A stretch of DNA of 64,000 nucleotides, from assembly GCA_965644295.1 (NCBI GenBank), contig CBFFRP010000455.1, positions 1-64,000 of the forward strand, read 5' to 3'. Below, piece by piece: positions 10,009 to 23,193 of this stretch. The stretch comes from Paraphysomonas bandaiensis (Eukaryota; Protista; Chrysophyceae). Below the pieces are notes generated by a model, which was given only the letters and a program-made list of their open reading frames with translations, did not search any database and was not told the DNA's origin. Position 1 is the first letter of the stretch. Each line of letters begins with the position of its first letter. The position numbers were made by a program, and so were the translations under genes.

Positions 10009-11370
10009 TCAATATTGTATACGCCCTGGCGATGGAGGGTCCTGTGAACAAAGCCACTTCAGAACATCCAGGCGTTGTTTCATAATAGCTGCACCCCTGG
10101 TTCCCTTATCCCATGGACATGGAGGGTCCTGTGAACGAACCCACTTCAGAACATCCAAGTGGCCACCACCAGCAGCAGCAGCGCAAGTCCAAGTATCCCA
10201 TGGACATGGAGGGTCCTGTGAACGAAGCCACTTCAGAACATCCAGATGTCCACCACCAGCAGCAGCTTTGCAAGTGTATTCATCCCATGGACATGGAGGG
10301 TCCTGTGAACGAAGCCACTTCAGAACATCCAAGTTTCCACCATCAGCGGCAGCAGCAGCTTTGAAAGTCCAAGTATCCCATGGACATGGAGGGTCCTGTG
10401 AACGAAGCCACTTCAGAACATCCAGATGTCCACCATCAGCAGCAGCTTTGCAAGTGTGTTCATCCCATGGACATGGAGGGTCCTGTGAACGAACCCACTT
10501 CAGAACATCCAGTTGTCCACCACCAGCAGCAGCAGCGCAAGTCCAAGTATTCCATGGATATGGAGGGTCCTGTGAACGTAGCCACTTCAGAGCATCCAAG
10601 TGGCCACCAGCAGCAGCAGCCTCATAGCAAGTTAGTTTATTCAATAGACATGGAGGGTCCTGTGAACGAACCCACTTCAGAACATCCAGTTGTCCACCAC
10701 CAGCAGCAGCAGCGCAAGTCCAAGTATTCCATGGACATGGAGGGTCCTGTGAACGTAGCCACTTCAGAGCATCCAAGTGGCCACCAGCAGCAGCAGCCTC
10801 ATAGCAAGTTAGTTTATTCAATAGACATGGAGGGTCCTGTGAACGAACCCACTTCAGAACATCCAAATGGCCACCAGCAGCAGCAGCTTTGCTAGTCCAA
10901 GTATTCCATGGACATGGAGGGTCCTGTGAACGAAGCCACTTCAGAACATCCAAGTGGCCACCACCAGCAGCAGCTGCGCAAGTGTGTTCATCCCATGGAC
11001 ATGGAGGGTCCTCTGAACGAAGCCACTTCAGAACATCCAAGTGGCCACCTCTTGCAGCTTCACTGCAGGTTTTTTCATACAATACAGCTGCATACATAGG
11101 TATGTGCATAGGGTCCCCCATCTATGGAGGTGTATATATAAGTCTCATGAGGTGTTTCATCTGCTGTATTCTGCCGTATAGTGCACATCTATTCATTAGC
11201 AGTGTATCTGGGCAGCCCATAGCCAGAGCCCATGAGACCATTGAGTTATTAGTGTATAATATATCGTGAAATCTCTTACAAGTCATGATCACAGGAAGGA
11301 TACATGTACGTGAGATCATAGAAATGATGAGACGTATCACATCATCATTAAGAAGAGATATACTTGACAT
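10009..11370 (-). pseudogene. F-box-like N-terminus plus 12 ankyrin-like 30-aa DPPCPWD repeats, split by an in-frame TAG
   Basis: ORFs 11370-11122 and 11121-10009 are contiguous and in frame, separated only by TAG 11124-11122; repeat TCxAAAxGGHLDVLKWLRSQDPPCPW. Confidence 0.7.
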
Positions 11371-11465
11371 AACTGTATCTATACTGATAATATGATGAGG
11401 TTAGGAGACTCTAGTGTGCTGTGGTCATATCACTGCTGGATTCTGCCTGATGGATGATGTATCGG

Positions 11466-11600
11466 CATCCTTCGTATATTTTTGTTCCAACATGCCTCTA
11501 ATATTGAGACAATAATTATCTGTATTCGAGCCGTAGTTGTACTGCATTAATATAGAGAATATTAATCTCAATTTATTTCCGAAAAATATGATGATACGGA
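11466..11600 (+). repeat. ~150-bp dispersed repeat family M (MITE-like), copy 1
   Basis: Aligns with 43443-43587 and 53101-53250 (ATGCCTCTAATATTGAGACAA...TAATATAGAGAAT). Confidence 0.8.
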
Positions 11601-12090
11601 TTAGCAGACTGACTTTCTTTAGAGTATATCAAAAATCTGTCAAATTCAGTAATTTTACTACTATAAAATTCGTTAAAATTAGACATGATTTCTCAGAATA
11701 TAAATGAAAACTCATAATTTTGTGACATGAGGTGGGATAAAAACACCATACTGTATGTAAAAGTGGACAAAAAATACAGGGTTTTTAGTTGTATGCTGTG
11801 TTTGGTGTGATCAATATACTCCGTACTGCTGTACACAGTATACAGTATCTATGTACAGGCAGTACAGGCAGTACAGACGTACATATGGAGCCTCTTGTGT
11901 GCATATACATACTCACATATAGATTGTGCGTAGAAGCTACAATAGCAGACATACACGCACATTGTGAATAGACGCCTTAACAATCACAACATGAGTATCT
12001 ATATCCTCCACTGATCAAGAGATACTTATATCTGGTGCTGTGCGTACACTATACACTGTAGTCTGCCGGTCATTGTATTCTAGCCGTTGA

Positions 12091-12302
12091 ATGAAGGATA
12101 CAGTCGCTTAGATGAAGGATGCAGTCGCTTAGATGAAGGATGCAGTCGCTTAGATGAAGGATGCAGTCGCTTAGATGAAGGATGCAGTCGCTTAGATGAA
12201 GGATGCAGTCGCTTAGATGAAGGATACAGTCGCTTAGATGAAGGATACAGTCGCTTAGATGAAGGATACAGTCGCTTAGATGAAGGATACAGTCGCTTAG
12301 AT
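12091..12302 (+). repeat. 21-bp minisatellite, 10 units GATGAAGGAT(A/G)CAGTCGCTTA
   Basis: Direct tandem units without spacers; variant order A, 5xG, 4xA. Confidence 0.95.
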
Positions 12303-12454
12303 GGGACTGTGTAAGATCGTGACTGTCTATTGAACCATTCTGAGATCGTGCCCTAGTGAAGTGCTAGTGTTGACTAGGCGAAGTAACGTACAGATTGTTA
12401 ATATAATCTTAGCGTATTCTTTGTGTGTCGGCACCAAGAAAACTCTAGCTAGGT

Positions 12455-12825
12455 CTACACTATACTTGTATAGCCTATAGAAGATTACGAGTAACCCCGC
12501 GCATTCTAGGGAGGGGTGGGGCGGCCAATGCCACGCAAGGGTATACTGAGTCATGCATGATCACGAGAAGCTCCGCGTAATCTTTGTTAGGTAATGGGAA
12601 GGTAAACATGGTCCTACTAGAATCTGCGCGAATTACGTGTTTAAGCCATGCATTGCTATGAAAAGTCCCATGTAATTTTTAGCAAAGGTGAACACGGGTG
12701 GGGCGGCAACAGAATCTGCACGTGATCTATGCTGTCAGCTACTTTAGTACACGGATAGGCAGGTGGTAGAGTCAGTGCACAATCTCGGTGTTATATGTTG
12801 TGTAGCAGCGAGCCTACACTAGGGC
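12455..12825 (+). repeat. Dispersed repeat family A
   Basis: Aligns with 50133-50325 + 51113-51330, 24435-24590, and on the minus strand 54740-54907 (CGGCCAATGCCACGC, AGAATCTGCGCG, GCGGCAACAGAATCTGC, GTCAGCTACTTT). Confidence 0.8.
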
Positions 12826-13149
12826 AATATTATTCTTAAGTATGTGAAGTATCCTTCTAAGTAGTATTTAGGTAAACATGAGTTCCCTCTGTCACAAATA
12901 CTTTTATATTATTTGTAGTCCCTATTCAGAATTATTCTTCATATAATCAGAGCTGCGGTGTCATAGAGCGGAAATTACACTTCATTGTAACCACGTAACC
13001 ACTATGATTTATTTACTATTTAAATTGGGACTCTCGTGTAAGTATCAGAGGTACATATATTGTAGTGGGCTTGCTATGTACTACTAAACTGGGCTTGCTA
13101 TACTAGTGGCGGGCAACCGTCTCGGGACTGCTTGTGCATCGCTGCGAGC

Positions 13150-13310
13150 ACCATGGTAATTATAATGGCATTTATGAAAAATGTTCCGGCGATTGTAATG
13201 TTCATTAATGCCTACTAAGTAAATAGTACAGCTAGTGTGGTGCTCCCTCGTAACTATTAATTGCGTCAAATAACAATCTACGAATCGTATCTACTTTTCG
13301 CTTTCCACGC
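13150..13310 (+). mobile_element. Relic of the subterminal region of the 8269 hAT family
   Basis: Similar to 8310-8460 (CCGGC.ATT.TAATG, CATTAAT.CCTACTAA, GTGGTGCTC). Confidence 0.45.
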
Positions 13311-13553
13311 ACAGTGATAAAATAATTTCAATACTAGCTGCCACTGACAAGCCACTGCGCTACTGAAAAACTATTTTTTTAATTCTCCGTGGTACTTAGA
13401 AATACACAACTACAACAAACATCAACTAAAGAAGCACATGCTCACCAGGTAGGCATCTGAAAACTATAAACATTCAACATTGAAATCGACATCTCACTGA
13501 TGAAAACTATTATGGAACTATATATCTAAAGCAAAACGTACGTGTACTTGGTA

Positions 13554-14803
13554 TTAAGAAGGTTGAGGTTCCTGTGTGCCCTCGTTTTGCCTCCCATCAA
13601 CTACATACTGCGCTATTGATGACAGATACCGCCAAGTTGCAGTCCCAACAGAGTCGGTCATTGTATCCCATCCCGCCCGCTCCTCTGCTTTTTGTTGTGA
13701 ATCTGATGCTCCTGATTCTCTGTCTTCATCATCACCATTTGAACCAGTTGCTCGTGTTGGTGGGATGGGTGGTTCACTACCAAGGGAGAATAAAGACTGC
13801 AGGAGCACACCCAAGGCTCCCATAGAAGGTTCCCTCACAGATCTTTTCAGTATATGAAATAGCGCATTAGTAGTGCTCGTGATCCATACTGGTACAACAG
13901 GGGCTTTAATCTATCATAGTAATCACAACTCGGCTCAAAAACATAATACGCACCCACCACTTGCATATCTGGATCGTCAGATGACAGAGACGAAATATCA
14001 CTCTCTACTTCCTCCTCTTCGTCATCGCTCTCACTTCTATCTTGCCTCTCACCACCTTCTAAATCTGCTCCACCACGTTTGCGTCCAGAATGTCGAATCT
14101 CAGGGGTGGAAGGGCTAGCTGTGGAGGAGAAATGATTCGGCGGAGGAGGTAAGCCATAAGTAGAAATAAACCGCGTGGAATTCTCTGCACTGTAAGAACT
14201 GTTATGTCTCTCATTACGATCCCACTCAGAGTCAATATAGTTGTTGGTGGGAGCATGTGTTATTCTCTGTGCATATCGCTCAATGAGCCTCCGCTCACGC
14301 TGTAACGTCTCCATCATACAGAACTTAACACAGCAATATATCGAACTCACCGCAAACTCCTCCTGTCCTATTTCAGACTGTAAGTATTCCTGAAACTCCA
14401 GTTCCTCTTCATCTTCTTCCTCATCATATTCCTCATCATATTCTTCGTCCTCATCATCGGCAGATGAGCTGTCTTGATCACTATAATCCATTGCAGCAGA
14501 CGTGTGTATCCTTTCATATGAATCATATGAATCATTCATATGATGAGATGAGATGGATGGTGGTGTATACGTCTCCTCATATCTCCCTTTATATGTATCT
14601 TCATATCTTTCTTCATATGTCTCTTTATATGTCCCTTTATATGTCCCTTTTTGGTCATATTCATATTCATATTCAGCCCACTGAGACTCTCCTGTATACT
14701 CATTATAATAATAGGGATAACCCTCTGAGGAGTAGTAGAGGATCCAACCATCGGAAAGAGAAAGAGAAGTAGAGGTAGGGTGGTCGTTATAGTCGTAGTT
14801 CAT
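13554..14803 (-). CDS. WW-domain protein, acidic; exons approx. 14803-14351, 14299-13958, 13910-13554
   Basis: GWILYYSSEGYPYYYNEYTGESQWA; GT-AG introns of 51 nt and ~47 nt link the two ORFs. Confidence 0.72.
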
Positions 14804-14924
14804 GATATGGATGTGTATATGTTGGCAATGTTAATAGAAGTAACTGCTGCCTGCATATGTTCCACATAGCATGCATGTACACACCTCGAGACCTACCTAC
14901 CCAACTACATACAGAGAGTACCCA

Positions 14925-15095
14925 CCTACATACAGTGTACATACATACATACAGTGTACATACATACATACATACATACATACAGTGTACCTACATACAT
15001 ACATACATACATACATACATACCTACCTGTACATACAGAGTACCTACCTACAAAAGTACATACGTACATAGTAGATACATAGGTACATACATACA
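14925..15095 (-). repeat. Degenerate (TATG)n array upstream of the WW gene
   Basis: CATA-rich tract on the + strand, about 120 bp from ATG 14803. Confidence 0.85.
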
Positions 15096-15395
15096 CCTGC
15101 AACGTAACCACATACTGGTGTATCGCTCCACTCTGTCTAGCTGTGGACTATGATCACTGTATGCATGATCTTCCCACAGGACGATACTCCCTTCAACTTA
15201 CTAATCAAACTAAGGTCATTATAGTTGCTGAATATCAATATGCATATGAGACTTACAGTGTAACTATTTCATCAAGTGTTTCACTGCTTATGACTCTGAT
15301 TGTGTTGCTATATGCCGCAGTGACACAATACACTGACATAAATATATTAAGAGTGTTATTGAACGGAATGTTTATACAGTGATCATTAAGATGAT

Positions 15396-15480
15396 AATTC
15401 ATATGTACGGCTACAGTGGTGACATCATATGAAAGGCTCGTTGTCGGTATTGACGCCATCATCCTCTACTCTGAGGTAGT
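15396..15480 (-). pseudogene. Short diverged duplicate of the SF3B1 C-terminus and 3' UTR
   Basis: Aligns to 16573-16669 with a 12-nt deletion. Confidence 0.75.
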
Positions 15481-15639
15481 TTAAACATTTGGACAAACCG
15501 AAATATATTGACTGTATAAGATCGTGACTATAGAAGATCTGATAATATTCATTATTGTCTATAGTATTACTAATTGGCTATAGAGTGAGTACAGTGTTCA
15601 GTTACTTCATTTAACTGTTCAAAAGTCAAGCATTGATAC

Positions 15640-16075
15640 AAAACTCCACTCTCTGCAGAGGAAGCGCGTTCATCCCAGGAATATCCGAAATTGTCACTTA
15701 GATGGTTAAAATTAAGTAGATATACTTGCTTGAAGTTTCGAGATTGTTCGGAAGAAGAATATCAATAAACTCACATTAAAATTAATTTAAAATATTGATA
15801 AACATCTCTCATCTTTCATTATCATTCACTATATCCATATTACCTATTACCAGTCATGCTGATTTTATACAGTCAATATGTTATAGCTTCACTAATATAG
15901 TGTCTATTATTTCATTAATTCATGTAATACTGTGTCCATTGCTGTATTTGCTTTTCAAGAAATAGGCATAATTCAAAACACCTAAATAACAGCTTTAAAT
16001 TGCTTACCAATTAACATAATTGATCTATGAACATCCAGGGTCCTGTGATCGAAGCAACTATAGAACATTACGATT
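15640..16075 (-). pseudogene. Highly decayed third DPPCPWD-repeat gene relic
   Basis: Minus-strand fragments NVL*LLRSQDPGC (16030-16069) and PWDERAS (~15660-15680). Confidence 0.4.
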
Positions 16076-16601
16076 TCATTACAGTCGTCCAAGCACTATT
16101 ACACCCTCTAAAATGACACGAAAATTACCGTAGTACCGTAGTACTCCATAAGATGCATCAGAGTACAAAAGAATCTAATGGTTCGATTTCTTGTGTAAGC
16201 AACGAATGAATGTCGAGCGATATAATAGTATCTATGGTTAGGGTGTGTGACAAATTTATATTATGGTGAATCGTGCAGTACCTACCACCGCATTCCGACA
16301 GATTTGTGAGAATTCAAAATTGGAATGGCAACTGCATACTGTATCGTAGAATAGTAATGACAGTTATGCAGAACTCTCGTATCACACGTTTTAAAAGGTA
16401 TACCTTTATTATCATAACACGTTTCAGTGAGAGCAATTTAAAAGTAAACACTACCAGAAATAACACTTTCAAATTACGTCTCCTGACACATGTCACTCCG
16501 TTTAAGGAGCGAACTATATCATAAAAGCCACCTCACTCTAGCTTTCTGGCGAACATTGCTAAATAGCTTTCCAATTCACCTATACGACTACAAAGGTGAC
16601 A

Positions 16602-19600
16602 TCATATGAAAAGCTCGAGGTGTGTGCGCTTGTAGGTATTGACACCATCATCCTCAAGTCTGGGGTAGTAGGGAGTCAAGGCGTCTTGGCCAAAGATATA
16701 GAGGGAGTTGTAAATCTTCCAATAGACATCTCTGACCTTGCGGGCGGGGTGAAAGAGTCCCTGTAACACATACTGCAGCACCTTTCCGGCACCGAGAGAT
16801 ACCATACATCCTTCCATGGCTTCCATTACCGCGTTGATAACATGAGGAGACTCCTCAAATATATTAGGCCACACATGGTTGAGGAGGTGGAATAGAGCAT
16901 CTTCACATCCCAGACCTACGACACCGAGCGCTAAGTGTTTCACGGTAGTGGCTGCCGTCTGGCGGTGAATCATATCTCTATCAGAAAGAGCTTCTTCCAG
17001 CAAAGGTACCACCGCATATATGTAGTCCTTTGCCATCTCACCGATGTACTCGAACATGAAACTCATCGCCTTCAAAACACCATTCTGAACATTCATATCA
17101 GGAATGCGATACTCATTCATCAGTGCTGGAAGAACAGTGAATGGTGAACATGTTTCTGCCACAATTGCAATAGCCACTGTAGTACAGACTCTCATCTGGC
17201 GCTCCTGTACCTTGAGGTTGTTAAGCAGAGTATGCAAAACATCTTGGGGACCAATGGCTTTTGCAATATACCCAAATGTGTTGACAGAAGCACGACGAAT
17301 GGCTTTCTTGTGAGCCTTGAGCATTTCCAGCAGCTCAAAGCATATGCGCATCCATTCTCGGGCAGATACGAACTCTGCACCGCGGTCAGCAATACGCCCA
17401 ACAAGATCAATACAATTCTCTTGCACTTTTTCATGCCTGTTCTTAAGGATAGGAGTCAGACGTGGGAGGAGGTCCTTAATCGGGGGTGTCATCTTGGTCA
17501 TACCGATAACGTTCACAATGGCTTTAAGGGCTCCAAGAATGCTCCCTAGCACTTCAGGGTACTCCTCACCAAGGTACTCATACAAAACTACGCCGAGATG
17601 CCCCATGAGTTGATCTTCTCCGCAAGTTTTCATTACAACAGCAATGCGGGATATGAGGTCAGCAGCTTGCATGCGCACCTTTGCACTCTTGTTATTGAGT
17701 CTCCACTTAATGGTACCACATATTTGTGGGAGATAAGACTTTACACGCAGTCCTAAGGCATTAATAACAGTCCCGAACCCCGACAACATAACCTGGGTAT
17801 CGTCCGAAGCTTGCTCCTGAAAGGCATAGAGGATACCATCAATAAGTTGCTCCTCCAGCCTATCGTCAATATCAGCCGCTCCCAAATTCTGTACGATCAA
17901 TTCAACGGTTTCCATCACCATCTTGCGGTACGGCTCGGACTCGTCCTTGAGATCATCAACAATTCGCCCCACCACTTCAGTGCAACCAACTTTGTTGGCT
18001 ATTTCGACAGTGGTCTCAACTACCTGTTTATAGTTGCGCCTGTCGAGTGCCATACGACGAACCCAGAAGTGTCGGAAAAACTCAGGGAGAATAGCCTCTT
18101 TCACGTATGATGGCTCTACTCCGTCTGTAGAGACGCACTGCTTGACCACCTTAAGCACGATTTTTTTCATTTCCTCATCTGGACTCTGGAATTCTCTGAT
18201 CAAGATCAACATCACCTCTTTGGTGTAGTAGTTCGCGTAGTTGGTGTCCATCAGTGGGATTATGAACCCAATAGCTTTTAGAAAAGCCGCTAGACCCTTT
18301 CCTCTGTGCTGACGGATGCCTTTCCACAGGGGACGCAGGACACTATCGAATGCCTCGATACCATAAGGGAAGGCGGCCTCTGCCAGGCCGGCCAACGCGA
18401 GAGCAGTAATGGTTCGCACCTTCTGCTGCTCATCCACTAAGCCGTGCTCACATATGCCCACCAACAACTTCAGGTGGGGCAAGACAGCTGCACCCATGAG
18501 AATAGCCACCTGCTGCACGATCTTGATACCAGTGTGTCGTGCGTGCCAATCGGTACGACTGCGACATACCGCCTCTAAGAATGGAAGCAGAGCGGGAATT
18601 CCCAGAGCAGAGGCCACCACCGCAAAAGCTCGAGCAGTAGTGTTACGTACATATTCGTCTGGGTTATCGATATCCGGTCGCATGGTAGCAATCATTGTGG
18701 CCAATCCAGCAGCCTTCGCAAGATTAGAAATGATTTCTCGCCCCTCCACACGCGCGTAGTAATCCTCATCAATAAGAAGTGGCTCAATCACCACAAGAAT
18801 TTTATGAACGAACGGGCGAACCAGGTCACTGAGTTTATAAAGAATACGGTCGATAACTTTGACGAGCAAATGTCTCTCCTGATCTTCCAGAGTAGGAGAC
18901 ATCAGCAGAGGTAGGATTTGGTTGAAAAGGCTTTCCGCACCAAACTCTCTGGCCTTGTCTGCGAGTTGACGAAGAGCAGATTTCCTCTGAGGAGGCGTAC
19001 CGTTTTTGATCTTGAGCAATAGCTTCATGATCTTCCTTTCTTTCATTTCCTCCGGTGGAAGCTCTTCTTCATCTACAGTCTCATCGAGAAGTTTACCGAA
19101 GTACTGGTAGTCCTCGGGCTTAATAAAGGGCATGGCGGACTCCGAGGGAGTCGCAGGAACACCATAGGACTCTCTCGCGGGAGTCTGCTGAATAGAAAAT
19201 CCCGGAGTGGCCCCCATTGGTGTGGGGGTCGCGAGAAGCTTCCTTTGAGGAGTTCGGATAGGCACATATCCCGGAGGTGGGTCCAACACCCGATATCCCG
19301 TGGGAGGAAACATCATATCGAGCTCATCATCAGTGAGAGGTCGGTTGCGTTCTTCGATTTCAGCTTCCCATCGCATGCGCTGAGCCATCTCCGGAGTCAT
19401 AGGGCCAAGATATGACGACGGGGTCTGCATACCCCCCGGACCAGCTGGGGTTGCCCCGCCAATGTCTACCGGAGTTTCATCCCACCTTGAACGTTTCTTG
19501 GACCCACCGGGAGTAGGAGTGGCCCCGGACATATCTCCAGAGGGAGTAGGAGCATCCCAAGAAGAGCCCCCTGTTGCGACAGGTGTTTCGTCCCATCGAG

Positions 19601-20529
19601 AACGCGTTTTAGTGGCGGCACCACTGGGGGCAGCTGGGGTGACATCCCATCTAGAGGATGCACCGGATCCATTGCTGGCGGCTGGAGTAGCATCCACCTT
19701 GTCCCACTCTGATTTACTCACAACCGGAGTCTCACTACCTGAGTCATCCCACCGCTTCCTCTTTTTCTCTGCCGCAGGAGCCACATCGCTATCCACAGCA
19801 CCGTTACCCGCCTTGGCATCTTCCACTTTCTTTGCAATAGCTTTCCGAACTTCAGTTTCCTCCTTCTGAAGTGCCTGAGCTTGCATGATATCCTTGTAGC
19901 TACGAGCAGGTGTTTTCCCGCCGAAGGCATCACCTCTGTCTGGCGACAGCACTCTATTTCGGTGCCTTGCTTGGTACTACATGATATCATACATTAGCAA
20001 CTGATGCAGATAATAATACATAACTATTACAAAGTAATACAGACAACAGTATTAATTAATGTATAAATAAATTTACAAATATTAAAAATATGCATTTGTA
20101 TATATATATGTGTGCGTGTTTCTATGTATGAATATATATGTGTGTGTATATGTACGTGTGTATTACCTCATTTTCTCGATCTGATATTCGAGTGTTAACT
20201 AATCCAGACCCATACTGCTCTCTATAATGTGATTCCATTCCCGCATCATCAGAAGCATTCACAGATTCATCAATAAGATTTCTAGATGGATTAATTCTAC
20301 TCTTAGTAGAAGGATGAGATGCTTCTTCAACTTCATCATCTTCTTCCTCATATGCTGGTAGTGATGTTACATATTGTTCTTTATCTGGTCCACCATATAT
20401 ATCACTATCATATTGTCCTTGTCCAGTTAAACTAACTCTATCTTGATTATGAATACTTGTATTAGTACTTGATAATATTGATCGTCTATCTTCTTGTAGT
20501 CGCTTGATTTCATCTTGAATATCACTCAT
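16602..20529 (-). CDS. SF3B1: Splicing factor 3B subunit 1; exons 20529-20167, 19976-16602
   Basis: RWDETP ULM repeats and near-invariant HEAT region ([27 protein letters not shown]); a 190-nt intron joins ISDRENE to [12 protein letters not shown]. Confidence 0.98.
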
Positions 20530-21444
20530 ACTTTTCACTTCTTTTCCCTAATTATATGAAGTATAAAAATTTTACACCAATCAGCGAATTATATCACTGA
20601 AATATGATTAATTATTGGTGTAATATAATAAAGTGAAGTGAAGTTAACTCAAGTGAAGTGAAATAAAATATAATCAAGTCGTATCAATGAGTTATATATA
20701 GGTAGAGCATGAGTTAAAAGCAGCCATATAATAATACCTCCCAATTTGCTGTATGCTTGCGTATATATGCCTATATGCACAATTGGATGTGTAGATGTCT
20801 AGAGGTGTGCATATGCGGTAGCAAGACCATATAGAATACCTTATATCGGAATACAGGCCGACAACTACACTTGGAATACACTGTGCATCCATACTTTGGA
20901 TTCGGTACAGTGTGTATTTTGTACTACAGTTGACGTATTTTTTTATTGTAGTATGAAAACCCTACTTTATAGAGTTCCTTTCTACGACATCCTTTCGGAA
21001 AAGTATAACTTTTCTGTCATAATCAATTGCACACAATGATAGTATATAATCAACAGCGTTCTAGCTTTTCATTTGTGTCACCAGAGTACGACGTGTGGGA
21101 AAGTTGCATGATTTATACATACATTCACTCATACATTACGCTGATCTTCAATTTTTTTGAAGAATCAGAATCACAGAAGGTGATATGTCAAAACTAGAGA
21201 AAGTATACATAAAACCAGGTTTTTAGAAAAAAATCGTCCAAAAGCCTTCTTAAGAAACAAGTGCCCAGATATTTCAGTTTGTGTGACTGTCAAAGATATT
21301 CAGGAAACTGTCTGCTCAAGATATTTATCTGGCAGTTATATTTTTTTGAGGAGGGTTTGAAATCAATGCATTAATACACACATCAAAACTGCATACATAT
21401 AGTATCATTATTCTATTCATTCCTTCACCTACAACAAATAAACA

Positions 21445-21764
<320 letters not shown>

Positions 21765-23193
21765 GTTTGTCACCTTCTGTGCATATGTGAACTTATCTTA
21801 AGATATTAAATATGAGTTATATGGGCTTCGAATTCTTGAGTCTAACGATGTATGTATCCCATTTGTATGTCCCTCTATAGAGAAAATGCATGGACAACTA
21901 CCCTGCGACTTAAGTCGTGGTAGATTGGCCATTATACATATTTTCCAATTCTTGTCCCAAATAGGAGTAATATAGATGTAGCAACACGTGCGCGAAAAAA
22001 TATCATCTAGTAGTGATGTGCGCTACACACAATCGAATAGTCGTGTGTGAATTCAATGTCGATAGTGTAGATCCCAATATGCTAGCTCAGTATTCTTGCT
22101 TGAATCCACCTATACCGCTACAATTTTCCTTTAGTCGTGTTTGTTGAAGTGGTATTCATGAGACGGCACCTTGAAGGCGCGCACAGAGGATAATAGCTTA
22201 ACATTTTTACTATTTTTCTTTTCTGAGTAAATGTACATAATTGGAGAGAGTAAATAGCTATTCTTATCTAATAGCGCAACAACCCCAAGTATTATCCAGT
22301 TATTTAAAATTTTAGCTGTATGACAATCAGGAAGATTACTCTCTAAATAGTAGTTTGCATAGATTTATTCATCCATGTCCATGTTTTAAATCTTCTCCCG
22401 TTCCCATAATAGTTATTAGATTTGACATTTATGGTGCTTTTTATTAAATAGGTGGGTTGAATGCCACATACATGTTGACTAAGATAGGTGGGGTTTACTT
22501 ATTCTATACTCCTATTATAAAGCGTATTAGATTTCAAAATACAAGAATTTAACAGATCAGGAACAAATATCAGTTTAACTTCTTCCTCATTCGACTTGAT
22601 TTGGTGTGAAAACTTCGCTGTATGAAAGCTACGACAATTTACGTCCATATTTTTGAAATAAGCCAGTCTGATAAGCCAACACCAGTCCTATTAAAGTACG
22701 ATATCAATCTGTTAAATTGAACACCTGGTAGGTAATCTGAAATTACAACTTAGATTGAATAATGCTTCTAAGAAATATCTGATCCTTCTATAGATCAAAA
22801 CGACAATTTCGCACGCTTTAAAATAATAACTTTGGTGTTCCAAGCTTACATCAATGTGCTATTAATTGGCAACTTAAACATTAATTTCACAAATCCCAGC
22901 ACACCAAACTGGAGAAATATAGCGGCTCATACAATCAAAATATGGTTATAATATATTGCAGTTGACAACATATTATATGTACACTCCAATCACCACTATG
23001 AAATGTGATATCAAGCAATCAAACTACAGACGCATGTCGCATATATATACATACAACCATAGATAGCCTATGCATTATTGTAGAGTTAGATAAGCATTCC
23101 TATATGGGTACAAGATACAGAGTTTGACAACTCATTGATATGGATAAGTGATTGTGTTAACTCCAAGCATTATATGTCCCAGTCGACACTGAT

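Noticed and set aside
11122-11124. Alternative genetic code (TAG reassigned)
   Set aside because: Conserved genes end at TAG, TAA and TGA in the expected positions.
10001-11269. Plus-strand ORFs over the ankyrin-like gene
   Set aside because: Antisense shadows of a 90-bp coding repeat.
12091-12302. Possible CRISPR array or DEGCSRL peptide
   Set aside because: Units are contiguous with no spacers, there are no cas genes, and the context is eukaryotic.
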